The notes under the pieces are model-generated. The model ran no database searches and was not told where the DNA came from. It saw only the letters and a program-made list of their open reading frames with translations. From Porticoccus sp. W117 (GTDB lineage Bacteria; Pseudomonadota; Gammaproteobacteria; Pseudomonadales; Porticoccaceae), in assembly GCF_030341905.1 (NCBI RefSeq), contig NZ_JATAAF010000012.1:17406-81405 (forward strand): DNA of 64,000 bases, given 5' to 3'. Below, one piece after another: positions 10,185 through 21,094 of this stretch (the first letter of the stretch is position 1; every line of letters begins with the position of its first letter). Made by a program: the position numbers and the translations under genes.

Positions 10185-11081
10185 ATGTCAGAAGCCCCCA
10201 AGGGGTATCAACGCAATATGCTGTTGAGCCCCGAAGACAAAATGCCAGAAGGCATGCAACGCATAGCTGCCGTCGTTGAATACGACGGCAGTGCTTTTTG
10301 TGGCTGGCAACGGCAGAGCCACAGCCCCAGCGTTCAGGCGGAAGTGGAACGGGCGCTGTCAAAAGTGGCAGCAGAACCCATTACTGTTGCCTGCGCTGGT
10401 CGCACAGATACTGGCGTCCACGGCACCAACCAGGTAATTCACTTCGATACCCTGGCACAAAGGGAAGCGCGCAACTGGATTCTCGGTGCCAACGCCAACC
10501 TGCCAGACAGTATCCGTGTACACTGGGCCTCGCCAGTTTCCCCACAGTTTCACGCCCGCTTTAGTGCAACCGCACGCACCTATCGCTATGTGATCAGCAA
10601 CCAGCCCTATCGACCTGCATTGGGTCACAGCGGTTTGACCTGGCAGCGCTTGCCGTTAGATGAAAAAGCCATGCAGCAGGGTGCTAACTACCTGCTAGGT
10701 GAACGGGATTTTTCCTCATTTCGTGGCGCCGGCTGTCAATCGAAAACCCCCAATCGCAACATGCATTATGTGGATGTATGGCGTCAGGGGGAACTGGTAA
10801 TCATCGAACTGCGTGCCAACGCTTTTGTATTGCATATGTGTCGCAATATTGCCGGAGCTTTGATAGCGGTTGGTGCCGGTGAAAAAAAACCGGAGTGGAT
10901 CGACGAGCTGATGGCGGTGCGGGATCGCAATCAGGCGGGCATTACCGCGCCCCCGCAGGGGTTGTATTTGGTGAATGTCAGTTATCCTGCCGAGTTTGAA
11001 TTTCCCCAATTGCCACCTGGCCCTCATTGTGTTGCTGAGCCATTGAGGCGGCTGCCTTGTGAGCACCGAATACCTTTATAG
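10185..11081 (+). CDS. truA: tRNA pseudouridine(38-40) synthase
   Basis: RIAAVVEYDGSAFCGWQRQ and RTDTGVHG catalytic Asp motif. The true start is possibly the internal ATG at 10254. Confidence 0.9.
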   Translation: MSEAPKGYQRNMLLSPEDKMPEGMQRIAAVVEYDGSAFCGWQRQSHSPSVQAEVERALSKVAAEPITVACAGRTDTGVHGTNQVIHFDTLAQREARNWILGANANLPDSIRVHWASPVSPQFHARFSATARTYRYVISNQPYRPALGHSGLTWQRLPLDEKAMQQGANYLLGERDFSSFRGAGCQSKTPNRNMHYVDVWRQGELVIIELRANAFVLHMCRNIAGALIAVGAGEKKPEWIDELMAVRDRNQAGITAPPQGLYLVNVSYPAEFEFPQLPPGPHCVAEPLRRLPCEHRIPL

Positions 11082-11179
11082 GCGTTGCTCAAAACTATTG
11101 ACCTAACAACAATTTGCATAGCTGCCATTAGACGACTTTGCTAAAATCCGCTGCTTTGCAACCGGTACTCTGAACAGCT

Positions 11180-11794
11180 GTGTCGACTCGCGTAAAAATC
11201 TGTGGCATTACTTCTGTGGAAGACGCTCGCCATGCTTTACAAGCAGGTGCAGATGCCATTGGCTTGGTGTTTTACGACAAGAGCCCCAGATTTGTAGAAA
11301 CAGATGTTGCCCGGCAAATTTCCGCTGCCGTTGGCCCTTTTGTCACTCTGGTAGGGTTGTTTGTGAATGCCTCTGCCGAGCAGGTGAATAAGGTGTTGGG
11401 TACGGTTCCCCTGCAGGTTTTGCAGTTTCATGGGGATGAAAGCAGCGACTTTTGCCGGCAATTTGGCCGCCCCTGGTACAAAGCCATTCGTATGGCGCCG
11501 GATTTGGGTGTGGCGGAGCAGGTGCAGGCTTTTGGTGATTCCCACGGCTTGTTGTTCGATGCCTGGCAGGCAGATAAATACGGCGGGACTGGGGCAACCT
11601 TTGAGTGGCAGCGGATACCGGCGATGAATAAACCGGTTATTTTGGCCGGTGGGTTGACCCCGGAAAATGTGGTCGAAGCGGTAAAGACCGTGCGCCCTTA
11701 CGCCGTGGATATCAGCGGTGGTGTCGAAAGTTCCCCCGGTAAAAAGTGCCCGCAAAAAATGCAGCAGTTTATTGAGCGCGCTAAAAGCGCGTAA
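11180..11794 (+). CDS. trpF: N-(5'-phosphoribosyl)anthranilate isomerase
   Basis: VKICGITSVEDA N-terminus, GTG start. 204 aa. Confidence 0.92.
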   Translation: MSTRVKICGITSVEDARHALQAGADAIGLVFYDKSPRFVETDVARQISAAVGPFVTLVGLFVNASAEQVNKVLGTVPLQVLQFHGDESSDFCRQFGRPWYKAIRMAPDLGVAEQVQAFGDSHGLLFDAWQADKYGGTGATFEWQRIPAMNKPVILAGGLTPENVVEAVKTVRPYAVDISGGVESSPGKKCPQKMQQFIERAKSA

Positions 11795-13018
11795 TTGGAG
11801 ATCGCAGTGAGTTCAACGATTGATTTCAACCAGTACCCTGACAATAGCGGCCACTTTGGCCCCTACGGCGGTCGTTTTGTGTCGGAAACCCTGATGCATG
11901 CTCTGGATGAGCTTGAGGCCAACTACGCTCGGCTTAAGGCTGACCCGGAATTGCAGGCGGAGTTTGACCGCGACCTGGCCCATTATGTGGGCAGGCCATC
12001 ACCGCTGTACCACGCCGAGCGCTGGTCCCGGGAAACCGGTGGCGCGCAAATCTACCTGAAGCGGGAAGACCTCAATCACACCGGCGCTCACAAAATTAAC
12101 AACACCATAGGTCAGGCGCTGTTGGCTAAATACAGCGGCAAAACCCGGATTATTGCCGAAACCGGGGCAGGGCAGCATGGTGTTGCCAGTGCCACTGTGT
12201 GTGCCCGTCTGGGTTTGGAATGTCATGTCTATATGGGTGAAGAAGACGTGCGCCGTCAGGCACTCAACGTCTACCGCATGAAATTGCTGGGGGCTACGGT
12301 GCACCCGGTGAGCTCCGGCTCCCGCACCCTCAAGGATGCCATGAACGAGGCCATGCGCGACTGGGTTACCAATGTCGACAACACCTTTTACATCATCGGC
12401 ACCTGTGCCGGGCCTCACCCGTACCCGGAGTTGGTGCGCAACTTTCAGTCGGTGATCGGTCGCGAGGCTCGCACTCAATGTTTGGAAATGACCGGCAAAC
12501 TGCCGGACGCGCTGGTGGCCTGTGTGGGTGGCGGCTCCAATGCCATCGGCTTGTTTCACCCTATGCTGGGTGACGAATCCGTGGCCATGTACGGTGTGGA
12601 AGCGGGTGGCCACGGGGTGGAAACCGGCGAACACGCAGCCCCGCTCACTGTGGGCGTGCCTGGCGTATTGCACGGCAATCGCACCTACCTGATGGAGGAT
12701 GAAGATGGCCAGATTATCGAAACCCACTCGGTATCCGCAGGCCTCGACTATCCCGGTGTTGGCCCGGAACACGCCTGGCTCAAGGATCAGGGAAGGGTGG
12801 AATACGTCACCATCGACGACGATGAAGCACTGGTGGCGTTCCGCAAACTGACCCAGATAGAGGGCATTATGCCCGCCCTGGAATCCAGCCATGCCTTGGC
12901 CTATGCGGAAAAACTGGCGGCGACCATGAGCCCGGAGCAAATTGTGCTGGTGAACCTGTCAGGCCGCGGTGACAAGGACATTCTTACAGTGGCGGAAATC
13001 GACGGTATTACGGTATAG
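11795..13018 (+). CDS. trpB: tryptophan synthase beta chain
   Basis: [11 protein letters not shown] and HTGAHKINN (PLP lysine) motifs. The start may be the GTG at 11807. Confidence 0.95.
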   Translation: MEIAVSSTIDFNQYPDNSGHFGPYGGRFVSETLMHALDELEANYARLKADPELQAEFDRDLAHYVGRPSPLYHAERWSRETGGAQIYLKREDLNHTGAHKINNTIGQALLAKYSGKTRIIAETGAGQHGVASATVCARLGLECHVYMGEEDVRRQALNVYRMKLLGATVHPVSSGSRTLKDAMNEAMRDWVTNVDNTFYIIGTCAGPHPYPELVRNFQSVIGREARTQCLEMTGKLPDALVACVGGGSNAIGLFHPMLGDESVAMYGVEAGGHGVETGEHAAPLTVGVPGVLHGNRTYLMEDEDGQIIETHSVSAGLDYPGVGPEHAWLKDQGRVEYVTIDDDEALVAFRKLTQIEGIMPALESSHALAYAEKLAATMSPEQIVLVNLSGRGDKDILTVAEIDGITV

Positions 13019-13020
13019 CT

Positions 13021-13827
13021 ATGAATCGTATTGGCAAAAAACTCCAGGCATTAAAAGACGATGGCCGCAAGGCGCTGGTGACTTATATCGTTGCCGGTGA
13101 CCCTACCCCGGAAACCACCGTACCCGCCATGCACGCACTGGTGGCAGCGGGGGCGGATATTCTGGAAATCGGCGTACCGTTTTCTGACCCCATGGCGGAA
13201 GGTCCGGTTATTCAGCTGGCCCACGAACGGGCGTTGAAACACGGCACCAGCCTGCGGGATACCCTGAATATGGTGGCAGAATTCCGCCAGCAAGACGCTG
13301 ATACGCCGGTTATTTTGATGGGCTACGCCAACCCCATTGAAAAAATGGGTTACGACGGCTTTGCTACAGCAGCCAAGTCGGCAGGTGTGGACGGAGTACT
13401 TACCGTTGATTTGCCACCGGAAGAAGCCAGTGAATTTACCGATGTGCTCAGGGCACAGCAGTTGGAGAATATCTTCCTGATCGCACCCACTACTACTATT
13501 GAGCGCCAGCGCGCGATTGCCAGTCAGGCCGGGGGCTTTATTTACTATGTTTCCCTGAAGGGAGTTACTGGTGCCGGGCACCTGGATATCGCTTCGGTGG
13601 AACAGAAATTGACGGAGATTCGCTCGCTTACCGAGCTGCCTATCTGCGTCGGTTTTGGCATTAAAGATGGCGCCACTGCAAAGGCCGCCTCGGCCCCTGC
13701 CAGTGGCGCGGTGGTGGGTAGCGCCATTGTTTCTGCCATGGCGAACGCAGAAGACGGGAAATATGACTCAATTCCCACTATTATCAGTGATATAGTGAGC
13801 GAAATTCGTGCATCACTTGATTCCTAA
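13021..13827 (+). CDS. trpA: tryptophan synthase alpha chain
   Basis: 268 aa. GADILEIGVPFSDPMAEGPVIQ motif. 2-bp gap after trpB. Confidence 0.95.
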   Translation: MNRIGKKLQALKDDGRKALVTYIVAGDPTPETTVPAMHALVAAGADILEIGVPFSDPMAEGPVIQLAHERALKHGTSLRDTLNMVAEFRQQDADTPVILMGYANPIEKMGYDGFATAAKSAGVDGVLTVDLPPEEASEFTDVLRAQQLENIFLIAPTTTIERQRAIASQAGGFIYYVSLKGVTGAGHLDIASVEQKLTEIRSLTELPICVGFGIKDGATAKAASAPASGAVVGSAIVSAMANAEDGKYDSIPTIISDIVSEIRASLDS

Positions 13828-13854
13828 TAAAGTAAAAGTACACAGGTTTATGCA

Positions 13855-14760
13855 ATGAGCTGGCTTGAGAAAATCAAACCCCAAGGGTTGACTACCCAGA
13901 AGAAAGATCGCACCCAGAACGTCCCGGAAGGCCTCTGGAAAAAATGCCCCAAGTGCAGTGCGCCGCTCTATCGTCCAGAGCTGGAACGCAATATGGACGT
14001 GTGCCCTAAGTGCTCTCACCACATGCGTATAGGTGCCCGCCGCCGCCTGGATGTTTTTCTGGATCATAATGGTCGCGAGGAAATCTGCACCGACGTAGAG
14101 CCTATCGATCGGCTGAAATTCAAGGACATCAAGAAATACAAAGACCGCCTTAGCGAGGCCCAGAAAAAAACCGGCGAGAAAGACGCGGTGGTTGCCATGC
14201 GCGGCACCCTTAAAGGCTTGCCCATCGTGGTGGTGGCTTTTGAGTTCGCCTTCCACGGCGGTTCCATGGGTTATGTGGTGGGTGAAAAATTCACCCGCGC
14301 CGCGAAATTGGCGCTGGAAGAAAATATTCCCCTGATCTGCTTCCCGGCCACCGGTGGTGCGCGAATGCAGGAAGCGTTGATCTCGCTGATGCAAATGGCT
14401 AAGACCAGCGCCATTGTGGAAAAGCTCAAGCAGCAGGGCACGCCGTATTTCTCGATTATGACTGACCCGGTTTACGGCGGCGTTTCTGCCAGTCTGGCGC
14501 TGTTGGGTGATATCAATGCCGCCGAACCCGGTGCGCGAGCGGGCTTTGCCGGCCCCAATATCATTGAGCAGACCATCCGCCAGAAACTGCCCGCAGGTTT
14601 CCAGCGCGCCGAGTTTTTGTTGGATCACGGTGCCATCGACATGATTATTCCGCGCCCGGAAATGCGCGATACGGTTGCCCGTCTGCTGGCCAAGTTCACC
14701 GGCAAGCCGGAATTCCCCGAAGCTCCTCAAGAGGAAGCAGAGGCTGAGGAAGTTTCGTAA
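13855..14760 (+). CDS. accD: acetyl-CoA carboxylase carboxyltransferase beta subunit
   Basis: N-terminal zinc ribbon (CPKCSAPLY...CPKCSHH) and carboxyltransferase domain. 301 aa. Confidence 0.95.
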   Translation: MSWLEKIKPQGLTTQKKDRTQNVPEGLWKKCPKCSAPLYRPELERNMDVCPKCSHHMRIGARRRLDVFLDHNGREEICTDVEPIDRLKFKDIKKYKDRLSEAQKKTGEKDAVVAMRGTLKGLPIVVVAFEFAFHGGSMGYVVGEKFTRAAKLALEENIPLICFPATGGARMQEALISLMQMAKTSAIVEKLKQQGTPYFSIMTDPVYGGVSASLALLGDINAAEPGARAGFAGPNIIEQTIRQKLPAGFQRAEFLLDHGAIDMIIPRPEMRDTVARLLAKFTGKPEFPEAPQEEAEAEEVS

Positions 14761-14769
14761 CAGACTCCG

Positions 14770-15990
14770 TTGCACAAGTTGAATTCTCTTCACGATTGGT
14801 TGGCGTTACTGGAAAGTCGCCATCCCACGGAAATTGATCTGGGCCTGGATCGCATCGCCGAGGTGTATAAACGCCTCGGCGATACTGTTTTGGCGGGCAG
14901 GGCGCTGGCAGAGCGAGTCGTTTCTGTGGCCGGCACCAATGGCAAAGGTTCCTGTGTGGCCACCCTGGCGGCACTGTTGCAAGGCAACGGACTCAAAGTC
15001 GCCACCTACACCTCTCCCCATCTTTTGCGTTTTAATGAGCGTATCGCCATTAATGATGAGCCGGTATCCGATGCTCAGCTGATCGACGCCTTTGAAAAAG
15101 TGGAGCAGGCGCGCGCTGATGTTTCCCTGACCTATTTCGAATTCACCACTCTGGCGGCTTTTGTGGTGATGGCTCAACAGCCGCTGGATATGGCTATTCT
15201 GGAAGTGGGGCTTGGTGGGCGCCTGGATGCGGTGAATATCATTGATGCGGACATCTCGGTGGTCACCAGTATCGACCTGGATCACCAGGAGTACCTGGGC
15301 AATACCCGCGAATCAGTTGCCACCGAAAAGCTGGGTATCGCTCGGCCTGACAGGCCATTGTTGTGCGGCGAGATGAATCTGCCCGGAAATTTTGTCGCCG
15401 AAGCGCAACAATACGGTTGTCGAGACCTGTATTTGGGCAAAGATTTTACTCTGGCCCCAGAGTTGGTTCCCAACCACCTGCCATACCCCAGTGCTGCCTG
15501 TGCAGTGCAGGCAGCGCAATTGTTGGGGGTGGAGTTGACGGCCGAGGAGCTGGCCGAGCAGCTGCCTCAAGTCAATTTACCTGGCCGCTTCCAGCGCATT
15601 GCCATGGGTGATCGCCAGTTGATTCTGGATGTGGCACACAATCCAGCCGCTGCACAATTGCTGGCCGAGCGCTTGCCAAAAGAACGCCAGTGTCAGGCGG
15701 TATTGGCGATGATGGCGGACAAGGACTTGGCTGAGGTCATCGCTCCTTTTGGCGGTTTGGTAGAGCACTGGTTCTTGCCGCCGCTGGTGGATAACCCTCG
15801 TGCGGCGCAACCCTCAGAGCTGGGTCAACTGTTGTACAATGGCGGCCACTCAAATACCGAGTCCAGCAGTGTTGGTAGTGCGATTGAGCAGGCTCTGGCA
15901 AAAGCCGGAGCTGGTGGCACGGTGGTGGTATTTGGGTCTTTCTTTACCGTGGCTGCCGCGTTGCAGTGGCACAGGGGTGACAAACAGTGA
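14770..15990 (+). CDS. folC: bifunctional dihydrofolate synthase / folylpolyglutamate synthase
   Basis: Mur-ligase P-loop VAGTNGKGS. 406 aa. Sits directly after accD. Confidence 0.93.
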   Translation: MHKLNSLHDWLALLESRHPTEIDLGLDRIAEVYKRLGDTVLAGRALAERVVSVAGTNGKGSCVATLAALLQGNGLKVATYTSPHLLRFNERIAINDEPVSDAQLIDAFEKVEQARADVSLTYFEFTTLAAFVVMAQQPLDMAILEVGLGGRLDAVNIIDADISVVTSIDLDHQEYLGNTRESVATEKLGIARPDRPLLCGEMNLPGNFVAEAQQYGCRDLYLGKDFTLAPELVPNHLPYPSAACAVQAAQLLGVELTAEELAEQLPQVNLPGRFQRIAMGDRQLILDVAHNPAAAQLLAERLPKERQCQAVLAMMADKDLAEVIAPFGGLVEHWFLPPLVDNPRAAQPSELGQLLYNGGHSNTESSSVGSAIEQALAKAGAGGTVVVFGSFFTVAAALQWHRGDKQ

Positions 15991-16544
15991 ATGACGGTCT
16001 GAAACAACGGGTAGTGGGCGCTTTCGTACTGGCGGCGCTGGCGATTATTTTTCTGCCCATGTTGTTTGATTTCAGTGGTGAGCGTTACATTGACCGCAAC
16101 TCGTATATTCCCTCACGGCCCGATATTTCCAGCCGACCTTTTGAAGAGCCTGCGCGCCCGGATAACATTCAGTACCCGAAACCCGCAGAACGCATCTTCC
16201 AACCCGACGACAGCGAGCCGCTTGTAGAGCAACCAGAATCTGACACCGAAGAGCCAGCGGTTGCGGTGGAGGAAACAACGCCGGCTCCGGGCTTGAATGA
16301 GCAGGGTATGCTCGCCGCCTGGGTGATCCAGGTGGGAGCCTTTAGTGACAAACAGCGGGCAGCAAAGCTCGAGCAATCCCTGCTGGCGGACGGCTACAAG
16401 GCCTACCTGCGAGAAAATCCCAGCCGAGGTCTGTTTTTTGTCTATGTGGGCCCGGATGCAGACAAGCAAACACTGCAGCGGGTGCAGAAAAAAGTTGACA
16501 GTAAATACCGACTCAAATCAAAAATTCTTTCTTTTGAGCCCTGA
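15987..16544 (+). CDS. SPOR-domain cell-division protein (DedD-like)
   Basis: N-terminal TM helix, Pro/Glu-rich linker and C-terminal SPOR domain (WVIQVGAFSDKQRAAKLEQSL). Overlaps the folC stop. Confidence 0.8.
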   Translation: MNDGLKQRVVGAFVLAALAIIFLPMLFDFSGERYIDRNSYIPSRPDISSRPFEEPARPDNIQYPKPAERIFQPDDSEPLVEQPESDTEEPAVAVEETTPAPGLNEQGMLAAWVIQVGAFSDKQRAAKLEQSLLADGYKAYLRENPSRGLFFVYVGPDADKQTLQRVQKKVDSKYRLKSKILSFEP

Positions 16545-16599
16545 TGTTGAACAAGGTCTCTGTTAGAATCGCGCCACCTACTGCGAGTGGATACAAGCA

Positions 16600-17151
16600 A
16601 TGAATTGGGCTGACTGGGCGATTATCGCTATTGTCGCACTCTCCGCGCTGATCAGTCTGGTGCGGGGCTTTGTTCGTGAGGCGCTTTCGCTGGCTGTGTG
16701 GGTGGCCGCTGTGATTATTGCCGCCAACTTCTACCAATCCCTTGCCAGCCAGTTTACCAACCTGATCGAAACCCCATCCCTGCAATTGATTGTTGCCTGG
16801 GTAGTACTGTTTTTGGCCACCTTGTTGGTGGGCATGCTGGTGACCTATGTTATCGGGCAACTGGTAAAGGCCACTGGTCTTAGTGGTACCGATCGGCTGA
16901 TTGGCTCACTATTTGGCATCGCCCGCGGTCTGGTGTTGGTGCTGATTGTTCTGGTGCTGGTGCCCAAAGCTTTGCCGGTGGATGAAGACCCCTGGTGGCA
17001 ACAGTCGCGCTTGATTCCTCAATTCCTCAAATTTGAACAGTGGGCCGCTGAAATGGGTGGTTCACTGTACGAATCTGGCAAGCAATTGCTCAGCCCTGAC
17101 CTCAACCCCAACCCTGAACAGCAAACTCAAACTTCTTTTCCAGGTAGCTAA
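16600..17151 (+). CDS. cvpA: colicin V production membrane protein
   Basis: 183 aa, four predicted TM helices. Conserved position before purF. Confidence 0.85.
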   Translation: MNWADWAIIAIVALSALISLVRGFVREALSLAVWVAAVIIAANFYQSLASQFTNLIETPSLQLIVAWVVLFLATLLVGMLVTYVIGQLVKATGLSGTDRLIGSLFGIARGLVLVLIVLVLVPKALPVDEDPWWQQSRLIPQFLKFEQWAAEMGGSLYESGKQLLSPDLNPNPEQQTQTSFPGS

Positions 17152-17155
17152 CAGT

Positions 17156-18682
17156 ATGTGTGGCATAGTCGGTATTTTTGGTAACGGTGACGTCAATCTT
17201 GAACTCTATGACGCCCTTACCATGTTGCAACATCGGGGGCAGGACGCGGCGGGAATTACCACCTGTGAAAATGGCTTGTTTCACCAGCGCAAAGACAACG
17301 GTCTGGTGAAGGATGTTTTCCACACCCGCCATATGAAACATCTGGTGGGTAATGTGGGCATTGGCCATGTGCGCTACCCCACAGCGGGCAGCTCCAGCCC
17401 GGCGCTGGCGCAGCCGTTTTATGTGAATTCCCCCTACGGTATTTGCATGGCCCACAATGGCAATCTGACCAATTCGGCCCAGTTGCATGAGCATATTTTC
17501 AAATCGGATATGCGCCATGTGAACACCGATTCGGATTCCGAATTGCTGCTCAATGTGTTTGCCAACGAACTGCAATCTCAAGGCAAGCTGAAGCCCGGCG
17601 CCGACGATATTTTTGCCGCTATTGAGCGCCTCCACGGTCGCTGCACTGGTGCCTATGCGGTAGTTGGGTTGATCGCCAACTACGGTCTGTTCGCGTTTCG
17701 TGACCCGCTGGGCATTCGCCCGCTGGTGTATGGTAAGCGCGAAGGCACTGGCGGTACCGAGTATATGATCGCCTCCGAGAGCGTTGCCCTGGATACCATG
17801 GGTTATGAACTGGTGCGCAGCGTTTACCCCGGTGAAGCTTTGTTTATTGATATGGATGGCAAACTTCACAGCCGCCAGTGTGCGGACAACCCCAAGCTGG
17901 TACCCTGCATTTTTGAGCACGTGTACTTTGCCCGCCCGGACTCCATGATCGATGATGTGTCGGTGTACAAATGCCGCCTGCGCCAGGGCGAAAAACTGGC
18001 GGAGAAAATTCTTCGGGAAATGCCTGACCATGACATTGACGTGGTGATTCCTATTCCCGATACCAGCCGTGTGGCTGCCCAGAGTATTGCCGAGCGCCTT
18101 GGTTTGAAACTGCGTGAAGGCTTTATGAAAAACCGCTACATCGGCCGCACTTTTATTATGCCGGGGCAAAAACAGCGCAAGAAATCTGTGCGCCAGAAGC
18201 TCAACCCCAACAAGCTGGAATTCCAGGGCAAGAACGTCTTGTTGGTGGATGACTCTATCGTGCGCGGTACCACCAGCGGAGAAATTATCCAAATGGCTCG
18301 CGATGCCGGTGCCAGCAAGGTGTACATTGCATCCGCAGCGCCGGAGGTGAAATTCCCCAATGTGTACGGCATCGACATGCCGTCGGCGGAAGAGCTGATT
18401 GCCCACGGCCGCACAGTGGAAGAGATCGCCGAGCAGATTGGCGCCGATAAGCTGATTTATCAGGACTTGGACGATCTGATCGAATCTGCCAAAGAGGGCA
18501 ACAGTGATATCAACCACTTTGATTGCTCGGTGTTTAACGGTGAATACGTCACCGGCGATGTGGATCAAGCCTATCTGGATGCCCTCAACGCCGCCCGCAA
18601 CGACAATGCCAAAGATGGCAAAGGCGAGGGGCCGGAATCTTCCGATTTGATCGGTATTCACAACGCCTCGGCGGCACGCTAA
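17156..18682 (+). CDS. purF: amidophosphoribosyltransferase
   Basis: Start MCGIVGIFG (N-terminal Cys nucleophile) at 17156. The ORF-track ORF 17033.. is an upstream in-frame extension overlapping cvpA. Confidence 0.95.
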   Translation: MCGIVGIFGNGDVNLELYDALTMLQHRGQDAAGITTCENGLFHQRKDNGLVKDVFHTRHMKHLVGNVGIGHVRYPTAGSSSPALAQPFYVNSPYGICMAHNGNLTNSAQLHEHIFKSDMRHVNTDSDSELLLNVFANELQSQGKLKPGADDIFAAIERLHGRCTGAYAVVGLIANYGLFAFRDPLGIRPLVYGKREGTGGTEYMIASESVALDTMGYELVRSVYPGEALFIDMDGKLHSRQCADNPKLVPCIFEHVYFARPDSMIDDVSVYKCRLRQGEKLAEKILREMPDHDIDVVIPIPDTSRVAAQSIAERLGLKLREGFMKNRYIGRTFIMPGQKQRKKSVRQKLNPNKLEFQGKNVLLVDDSIVRGTTSGEIIQMARDAGASKVYIASAAPEVKFPNVYGIDMPSAEELIAHGRTVEEIAEQIGADKLIYQDLDDLIESAKEGNSDINHFDCSVFNGEYVTGDVDQAYLDALNAARNDNAKDGKGEGPESSDLIGIHNASAAR

Positions 18683-18693
18683 TCTAAGCAGAA

Positions 18694-18788
18694 CGTCATC
18701 CCCGCGCAGGCGGGGATCCATCTTGAAGGCGGCACTAAAGTCTGTAAATGCTGTGGCTTATGGATTCCCGCCTGCGCGGGAATGACGA
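18694..18788. repeat. REP-like palindromic element, family E copy 1 (gtcatccccgcgcaggcggggatcc ... ggattcccgcctgcgcgggaatgacg)
   Basis: Pair of inverted hairpins. Related copies at 22428 (nested) and 39570. Confidence 0.75.
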
Positions 18789-18843
18789 GATTTTTCTTTA
18801 CTGGCTCTAAGGTGGCCAGAACGTATTTTTCAGGTAATCAATT

Positions 18844-20028
18844 GTGAACAAAGACAACAAAAAGCTGGGCCTCGATACGCTGGCCATTCGCGGCGGCATT
18901 TCCCGCAGCCATGAGCAGGAGCACTCCGAAGCGCTGTTCCTCACTTCAAGCTATGTGTTTGATAACGCCGAACAGGCGGCCCTTACCTTTGCCAATGAGC
19001 GCGACGGCAATGTCTACAGCCGCTACACCAACCCTACCGTGCGGGTGTTTGAAGAGCGCATCGCCGCCATGGAAGGAGCGGAAGAGGGTATAGGTACTGC
19101 CTCAGGTATGGCGGCGATTCTCTGTACCTGCATGGCACTGTTTAACGCGGGCGATCACATTATTTGCTCCAAGGATGTGTTTGGCGCCACCATTTCTCTG
19201 TTCACCAAACACCTGAGCCGTTTTGGTCTGGAAGTGTCCTATGTGGCACTGGATGATCTGGATGCCTGGCGGGCTGCCATCCAGCCCAACACCAAAGGTC
19301 TGTTTATCGAAAGCCCTTCCAACCCCCGTGCAGTGGTTGGCGATATTCGCGCGTTGGCTGATCTGGCCCACGAACATGAAGCACTGCTATTGGTAGATAA
19401 CTGCTTCTGTACCCCGGCACTGCAAAAGCCCATCGAGTTTGGAGCGGACATTGTGATTCACTCCGCCACTAAGTACATCGATGGTCAGGGTCGTGCTCTG
19501 GGTGGTGCGGTAGTGGGCAGCAAAGAACATATCGACGCGGTGCGCATGTTTATACGCGCTGCCGGCCCCTATATGAGCCCCTTTAATGCCTGGGTGTTCC
19601 TCAAAGGTCTGGAAACCCTGCGCCTGCGCGTGGAGGCGCACTCTGCCGGTGCCATGGCGCTGGCTCTGTGGTTGAATGAACATCCTAAAGTGGCCAAAGT
19701 GTATTACGCGGGCCTGCCGGATCACCCTGGCCATGAACTGGCCAAAGCCCAGCAAAAGGCCTTTGGTGGTGTGGTGGCTTTTGAAATTCACGGCGGTCGT
19801 GAGCAGGCCTGGAAAGTGATCGACAGCACCCAGCTGCTGTCACTCACCGCCAATTTGGGTGATGCCAAAACCACCATCGTTCACCCAGCCACTACTACTC
19901 ATGGCAGCCTTACGGATGAGCAGCGAGAGCAGGCTGGAATTCGCGACAGCCTGATTCGCGTGGCGGTGGGGCTGGAGGATATTGAGGATATAAAAGCAGA
20001 CTTGGAGCTGGGCTTTAGCGCTATTTAA
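18844..20028 (+). CDS. metZ: O-succinylhomoserine sulfhydrylase
   Basis: Cys/Met-metabolism PLP enzyme (SATKYIDGQG PLP-Lys motif). 394 aa. Position after purF as in Pseudomonas. Confidence 0.9.
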   Translation: MNKDNKKLGLDTLAIRGGISRSHEQEHSEALFLTSSYVFDNAEQAALTFANERDGNVYSRYTNPTVRVFEERIAAMEGAEEGIGTASGMAAILCTCMALFNAGDHIICSKDVFGATISLFTKHLSRFGLEVSYVALDDLDAWRAAIQPNTKGLFIESPSNPRAVVGDIRALADLAHEHEALLLVDNCFCTPALQKPIEFGADIVIHSATKYIDGQGRALGGAVVGSKEHIDAVRMFIRAAGPYMSPFNAWVFLKGLETLRLRVEAHSAGAMALALWLNEHPKVAKVYYAGLPDHPGHELAKAQQKAFGGVVAFEIHGGREQAWKVIDSTQLLSLTANLGDAKTTIVHPATTTHGSLTDEQREQAGIRDSLIRVAVGLEDIEDIKADLELGFSAI

Positions 20029-20043
20029 ACTACCCCGTCATTG

Positions 20044-20122
20044 CCGTAGGGCGGATTAGCACAGCGTAATCCGCCGCCTCCTGAGTCATTGGTGGATTAC
20101 GCTTCGCTAATCCACCCTACGT
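20044..20122. repeat. REP-like palindromic element, family D copy 1 (ggattagcgaagcgtaatcc)
   Basis: Inverted repeat. Copies also at 26806 and 35758. Confidence 0.75.
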
Positions 20123-20157
20123 GTGGTTTCCATTACTGATCACAAGGGGAAAGAACC

Positions 20158-20685
20158 ATGAAATTTCTAAAAGGTTTGTTAGTGATTGTACTGTTGCTGG
20201 TAGTGGTTGGCTTTGTGCTGCCGGGCAGTACCCATGTGGAACGTTCGACGGTGATTAATGCCCCTCAAACCCAGGTTTTTGCCTACCTGAATGACTTTCA
20301 AAAATTCAATCTTTGGTCACCTTGGGCGAAAAAAGACCCCAATACACGCTACCAATTCAGCGGCCCCGCTACGGGCGTTGGTAGCAAAATGTCCTGGCAA
20401 AGCGATCACAAAGAAGTGGGCTCCGGGTCACAGGAAATTACAGCTTCCCAGCCCAGCGATCACCTGGAAACCTTTCTCGACTTTGGTGATCACGGCACCG
20501 CCAAAGCGCACTATCGGTTGAGTAATACCAACGGTATGACCCAAATTACCTGGGGCTTTGATACGGATCACGGCTGGAATTTATTGAGTCGCTATTTTGG
20601 TTTGATGATGGACGATATGGTGGGTGCGGATTTTGAGGCTGGGTTGGCAAATTTGAAGCAGGTTGTAGAGGGGCAGGAGACTTAA
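20158..20685 (+). CDS. SRPBCC-superfamily (polyketide-cyclase-like) protein with N-terminal membrane anchor
   Basis: 175 aa. N-terminal hydrophobic helix, then a START/Bet-v1-like pattern. Function unknown. Confidence 0.6.
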   Translation: MKFLKGLLVIVLLLVVVGFVLPGSTHVERSTVINAPQTQVFAYLNDFQKFNLWSPWAKKDPNTRYQFSGPATGVGSKMSWQSDHKEVGSGSQEITASQPSDHLETFLDFGDHGTAKAHYRLSNTNGMTQITWGFDTDHGWNLLSRYFGLMMDDMVGADFEAGLANLKQVVEGQET

Positions 20686-20715
20686 AAAAAACAGCACTTG
20701 TGAGTACGCAAAGCC

Positions 20716-21048
20716 ATGAATTGCGAAGTAACAATAGACGGTTCGAATATACGTGACTGGGATTCATTTCATAATGAATTTCAAGAGAAAATGGGCTTCT
20801 TTGATGGCTACGGTAGAAACCTGGATGCATGGCTGGATTGCATGACTGATATATTTACAAGGGGGCAGTATGAAAGCCTTTGCAAGTTTAATTTAAATCA
20901 AGATGACTCCTTTACGATGAAGATAATAAATGGAGAGAAATGGATGTCTCAGAGCAAAGAAACATTGTTGGCATTCATGGACTGTTATGAACCGTTGCGT
21001 GAATCCAAAGATGGTCACTATGGGCTTAGTATTTCGCGGGGTATTTAA
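20716..21048 (+). CDS. barstar-family ribonuclease inhibitor (orphan immunity-like gene)
   Basis: IDGSNIRDWDSFHNEF...YGRNLDAWLDCMT aligns to barstar IRSISDLHQTL...YGENLDALWDCLT, including the D35/D39 equivalents. Noticeably AT-rich compared with neighbours. Confidence 0.75.
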   Translation: MNCEVTIDGSNIRDWDSFHNEFQEKMGFFDGYGRNLDAWLDCMTDIFTRGQYESLCKFNLNQDDSFTMKIINGEKWMSQSKETLLAFMDCYEPLRESKDGHYGLSISRGI

Positions 21049-21094
21049 CAGATTTGCGGCGCAGCGAGAGATCGCTGCTTCTCTGCAAGACAGG

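Noticed and set aside
17102-18721. 539-aa minus-strand ORF antisense to purF
   Set aside because: purF on the plus strand is unambiguous. The antisense ORF has no recognisable domain.
20158-21048. A barnase (toxin) gene next to the barstar-like gene
   Set aside because: The only adjacent ORFs are an SRPBCC-fold protein and a GGDEF cyclase. Neither has RNase motifs.
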